Shown here one piece after another: positions 61,002 to 64,000 of a stretch of DNA of 64,000 nucleotides. This stretch comes from Asterias rubens (lineage: Eukaryota): contig NC_047069.1 of NCBI RefSeq assembly GCF_902459465.1, positions 17,236,001 through 17,300,000 of the forward strand. The letters are read 5' to 3'. The stretch's first letter is position 1, and every line of letters begins with the position of its first letter. Made by a program: the position numbers and the translations under genes. A model generated the notes under the pieces. That model did not search any database. It was not told the origin of the DNA and was given only the letters and a program-made list of their open reading frames with translations.

Positions 61002-61612
61002 GTAATTATTATTAATGGTGTATTTTTTATTTTATTAATATTGATAAAAAGACACTTTTGGTAAAAATATCCAATTATGGTCTCTAATGTTCAAAAGTTA
61101 GTTAGTACAATAAAAGCTGACAACATTAAAATGTACATTTGTAACAAAACCCATATATATTTGGTTTGCGGTAACACCATGTGTGTATCTACTTGTCAGG
61201 TAGAGTTTGTTCTTAGAGAACTGTTTTTTTATTCTACTACCGCAGAGTAGATTTATCGGATGTTCGGGAGACTTCTCAGTTCTGAAAATAACCGTCCTGC
61301 TTTTTTAAAACTACTATCAGGGCGGAAGGTACAGAAAATTGGCTGGGACTATTACTTCAGCTTATAGGATCGTAATTAACTGCACTACCATGGAGTCAGT
61401 TCTTGTATTGGTCTCAACATTTCGACTAGCTTGCTCAAGTCATCGTCAGGAAACAAAACCCCCAAGATAAAAGGGCAAATGACCCAGAATTACACAAAAA
61501 GACAGTCTGATTGGGAACAGACTCCTTGCTCTTGCATCACAAGGGTTTCAGGTCCCGCAGTATATTTCGTCCCCTGTATTTTAAATAATGCTTATTCCAT
61601 TTCTGCCCTTGA

Positions 61613-61855
<243 letters not shown>

Positions 61856-62506
61856 TAAACAGTATTGTCCAAAGGCCCACACTTCGTGTATCACAACTGA
61901 TATAAAAAATAACAACACTGAAAATTTAGGCTCAATTGGTCATCGGAGTCGGGAGAAAATAATGGGGAAAACCCACTCTTGTTTCCGCACGTTTCGCCGT
62001 GTCATGACATGTGTTTAAAATAAATCCGTAATTCTCGACAATGAGAATTGATAATAGTTTAAATGTTTTCTCGAAAAGTAAAGCATTTCATGCAATAATT
62101 TTTCAAGAGAAGTCTTTCCTAAGTTATTTGTAAATCTGTATAATGGCTTTAAGAAAGATTTGTTTGTGCAGCAATGTTCGCCTGGGGGCACTTCGATGAG
62201 GACAATGTAAGCTTGTATTGAAATTTTTCAAAGGGCACCACAGCAAAAGCAAAGGGCACCACGGTAATTGCTGTGAGTGCCTCGAGTTACTTCAAGGCAT
62301 GTATACAGTAAACATTAAAGGTGAGGGTTCAAACGAAGAACGAGTCCCCATGAGTCACCTAGGAAAACCTTGTTACCCAAAATGAGTTTTCCCGAGCAAG
62401 ATCGATTGTTACATGTGGGATCTGGCTCATATAACATGAGAGAATTTTTCAAAAAGTTGGACAAGACCATCTTACTCAATTCCTATCTTTTCTGCTCCTT
62501 CTACAG

Positions 62507-62608
62507 TTCAGTAAACTTGACGAAGATGACCAGTGCTACGAGTTCCGAAGAGAGAAAATACTCACCCATAGAACTCATCTTTACTACTTAGAATATCAGT
62601 ACACGCCG
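62507..62608 (+). CDS. LARGE: LARGE exon ([19 protein letters not shown])
   Basis: Conserved linker; phase 0-0. Confidence 0.95.
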
Positions 62609-63373
62609 GTAAAGTATACATTCATCTTATATCTTGTCTCTCTTATTCTGACTGAAAGGTTCATAAACCTTCATCAAGGAATATTGATTTACTCCTATTT
62701 TAAATCACAGGCCTGTTAAACGTCAGGAGTTTTCCTGATTTCAGGAAGTTTCCATGGACCTGACTTTGCCTTCCAAATATCTTCAAAGATTTAAACTGAC
62801 CATCGAAGGAAATAATACACCTGCTAGTATATCAACACTCCTACTTTAACATTTGTTAGGGAATCATTAAACTCTCTCAAACAATACTCTCACTCAGGTA
62901 CATGTTTCATGGCTCTGCTTACCGCAAAATGGCTCTGCTTACCGCAAAAGTATATGCTTATGGTTACCCTTCTCCATTTACAGTGTAAGAGCTGAGTCTT
63001 TGTGTTAGCTGTGTATGTAGGTGAAGATTTCTTATTAAACGGCCCCAAAACCTTGCTAAAAACCTGTGATATCCTTCTATAAAGTATGGATTTGTATGGT
63101 TCCGTAAGTGTAGATTTGCTCACTTGGCTTCAAGGCTTGCCACATTTGTCCTACTTTAAGCTTCTTAATATCTACATGTATAACTATTTAAATCATTGTG
63201 AACTTTCATTTTTTTCATATCCTAAATTATTAGGTATTACTGTCAACTACTCATTATTTGAATCTAATTGACAAACTTTGTTTAAATGTGTAAATATAGG
63301 GCAGCAATCAAAATAAATGTGTAAATGACATGAAATTTGTATTTGATATTGTTTGTGTGTGTTTGTCTGACAG

Positions 63374-63461
63374 AAGCCCGATGGCAATGATGTAACCTTG
63401 ATTGCACAGCTATCCATGGACAGACTACAAATGCTAGAATCTATCTGTAAACATTGGGATG
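63374..63461 (+). CDS. LARGE: LARGE exon, start of GT49 glucuronyltransferase domain (gene continues off the right edge)
   Basis: [25 protein letters not shown]; phase 0-1. Confidence 0.96.
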
Positions 63462-64000
63462 GTAAGAACATGTTATTTATTTATTTTTTATTTTTTTGCA
63501 AGTCGCCTGACACACAAGGCCTGAAGCCCACTTCAAGGTGTGGGCTAAAATAATTTCTTCGAGAGGCCATTGCCACCTAGTCCTAGGGCTGAAACAGGGT
63601 TACCTCTTTCACAGTCCATACGAATGTAGGCTTGGATATCTTCAATTCGAAGCCTAGCCGGTAGAGCAGAAGGCACTACCTCCCCAATTTTATGTAGCAA
63701 GTGTCACGACCGGGATCCGAACCCACACCCTGCTGATCAAACACCAGTGCTTGAATCCGGTGGTCTTAACCGCTCGGCCATGACACAAGAAACCCAGCTA
63801 CATGTATCTAGCCCTTATTTGTAAGTTTCTCTTTTTTGGGGGGATATCTTTCTTCGGAGATGCTAGTCAGAAGCCAACATAATGACACCCCTGAATCTAA
63901 CTTGTCTTTATGTCTTGTTTTTGATACTGTCTTGTACCAAGCCAATCCTTTGTCGTTGCAATAAAGCATAATTGCTCCACAGCTTCTTGTAAGCCTTTAC

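Overview
AT-rich, intron-rich animal genomic DNA, probably echinoderm/sea star (inferred from repeat style and gene content). Five genes can be assembled by hand from splice sites with consistent reading phase. (1) TBCK, first coding exon, minus strand, at the left edge. (2) A spliced, intact FLYWCH(x2)-MULE-transposase-derived gene lying head-to-head with TBCK. (3) A ~1380-aa orphan receptor tyrosine kinase (7 Ig, FN3, furin-site domain, TM, Ret/Tie/FGFR-like kinase). (4) A second FLYWCH-MULE paralog whose 5' exons are a degenerate copy of the 5' end of the neighbouring LARGE gene. (5) LARGE xylosyl/glucuronyltransferase, running off the right edge. The main candidate novel system is the 5' end of the RTK: three tandem cassettes, each with its own promoter (Ets site in all, kappaB site in two), signal-peptide exon and V-type Ig exon, all in phase with one constant region. 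This is a protocadherin/UGT1A-style variable-first-exon architecture, with variation concentrated in CDR-like loops. Introns are crowded with Kolobok-type TTAA MITEs, Harbinger-like MITEs, tRNA-SINEs, a LINE fragment and Penelope-like palindromes carrying hammerhead-like motifs. All exon models, identities and mismatch counts were made by eye; no transcript data or database searches were available.
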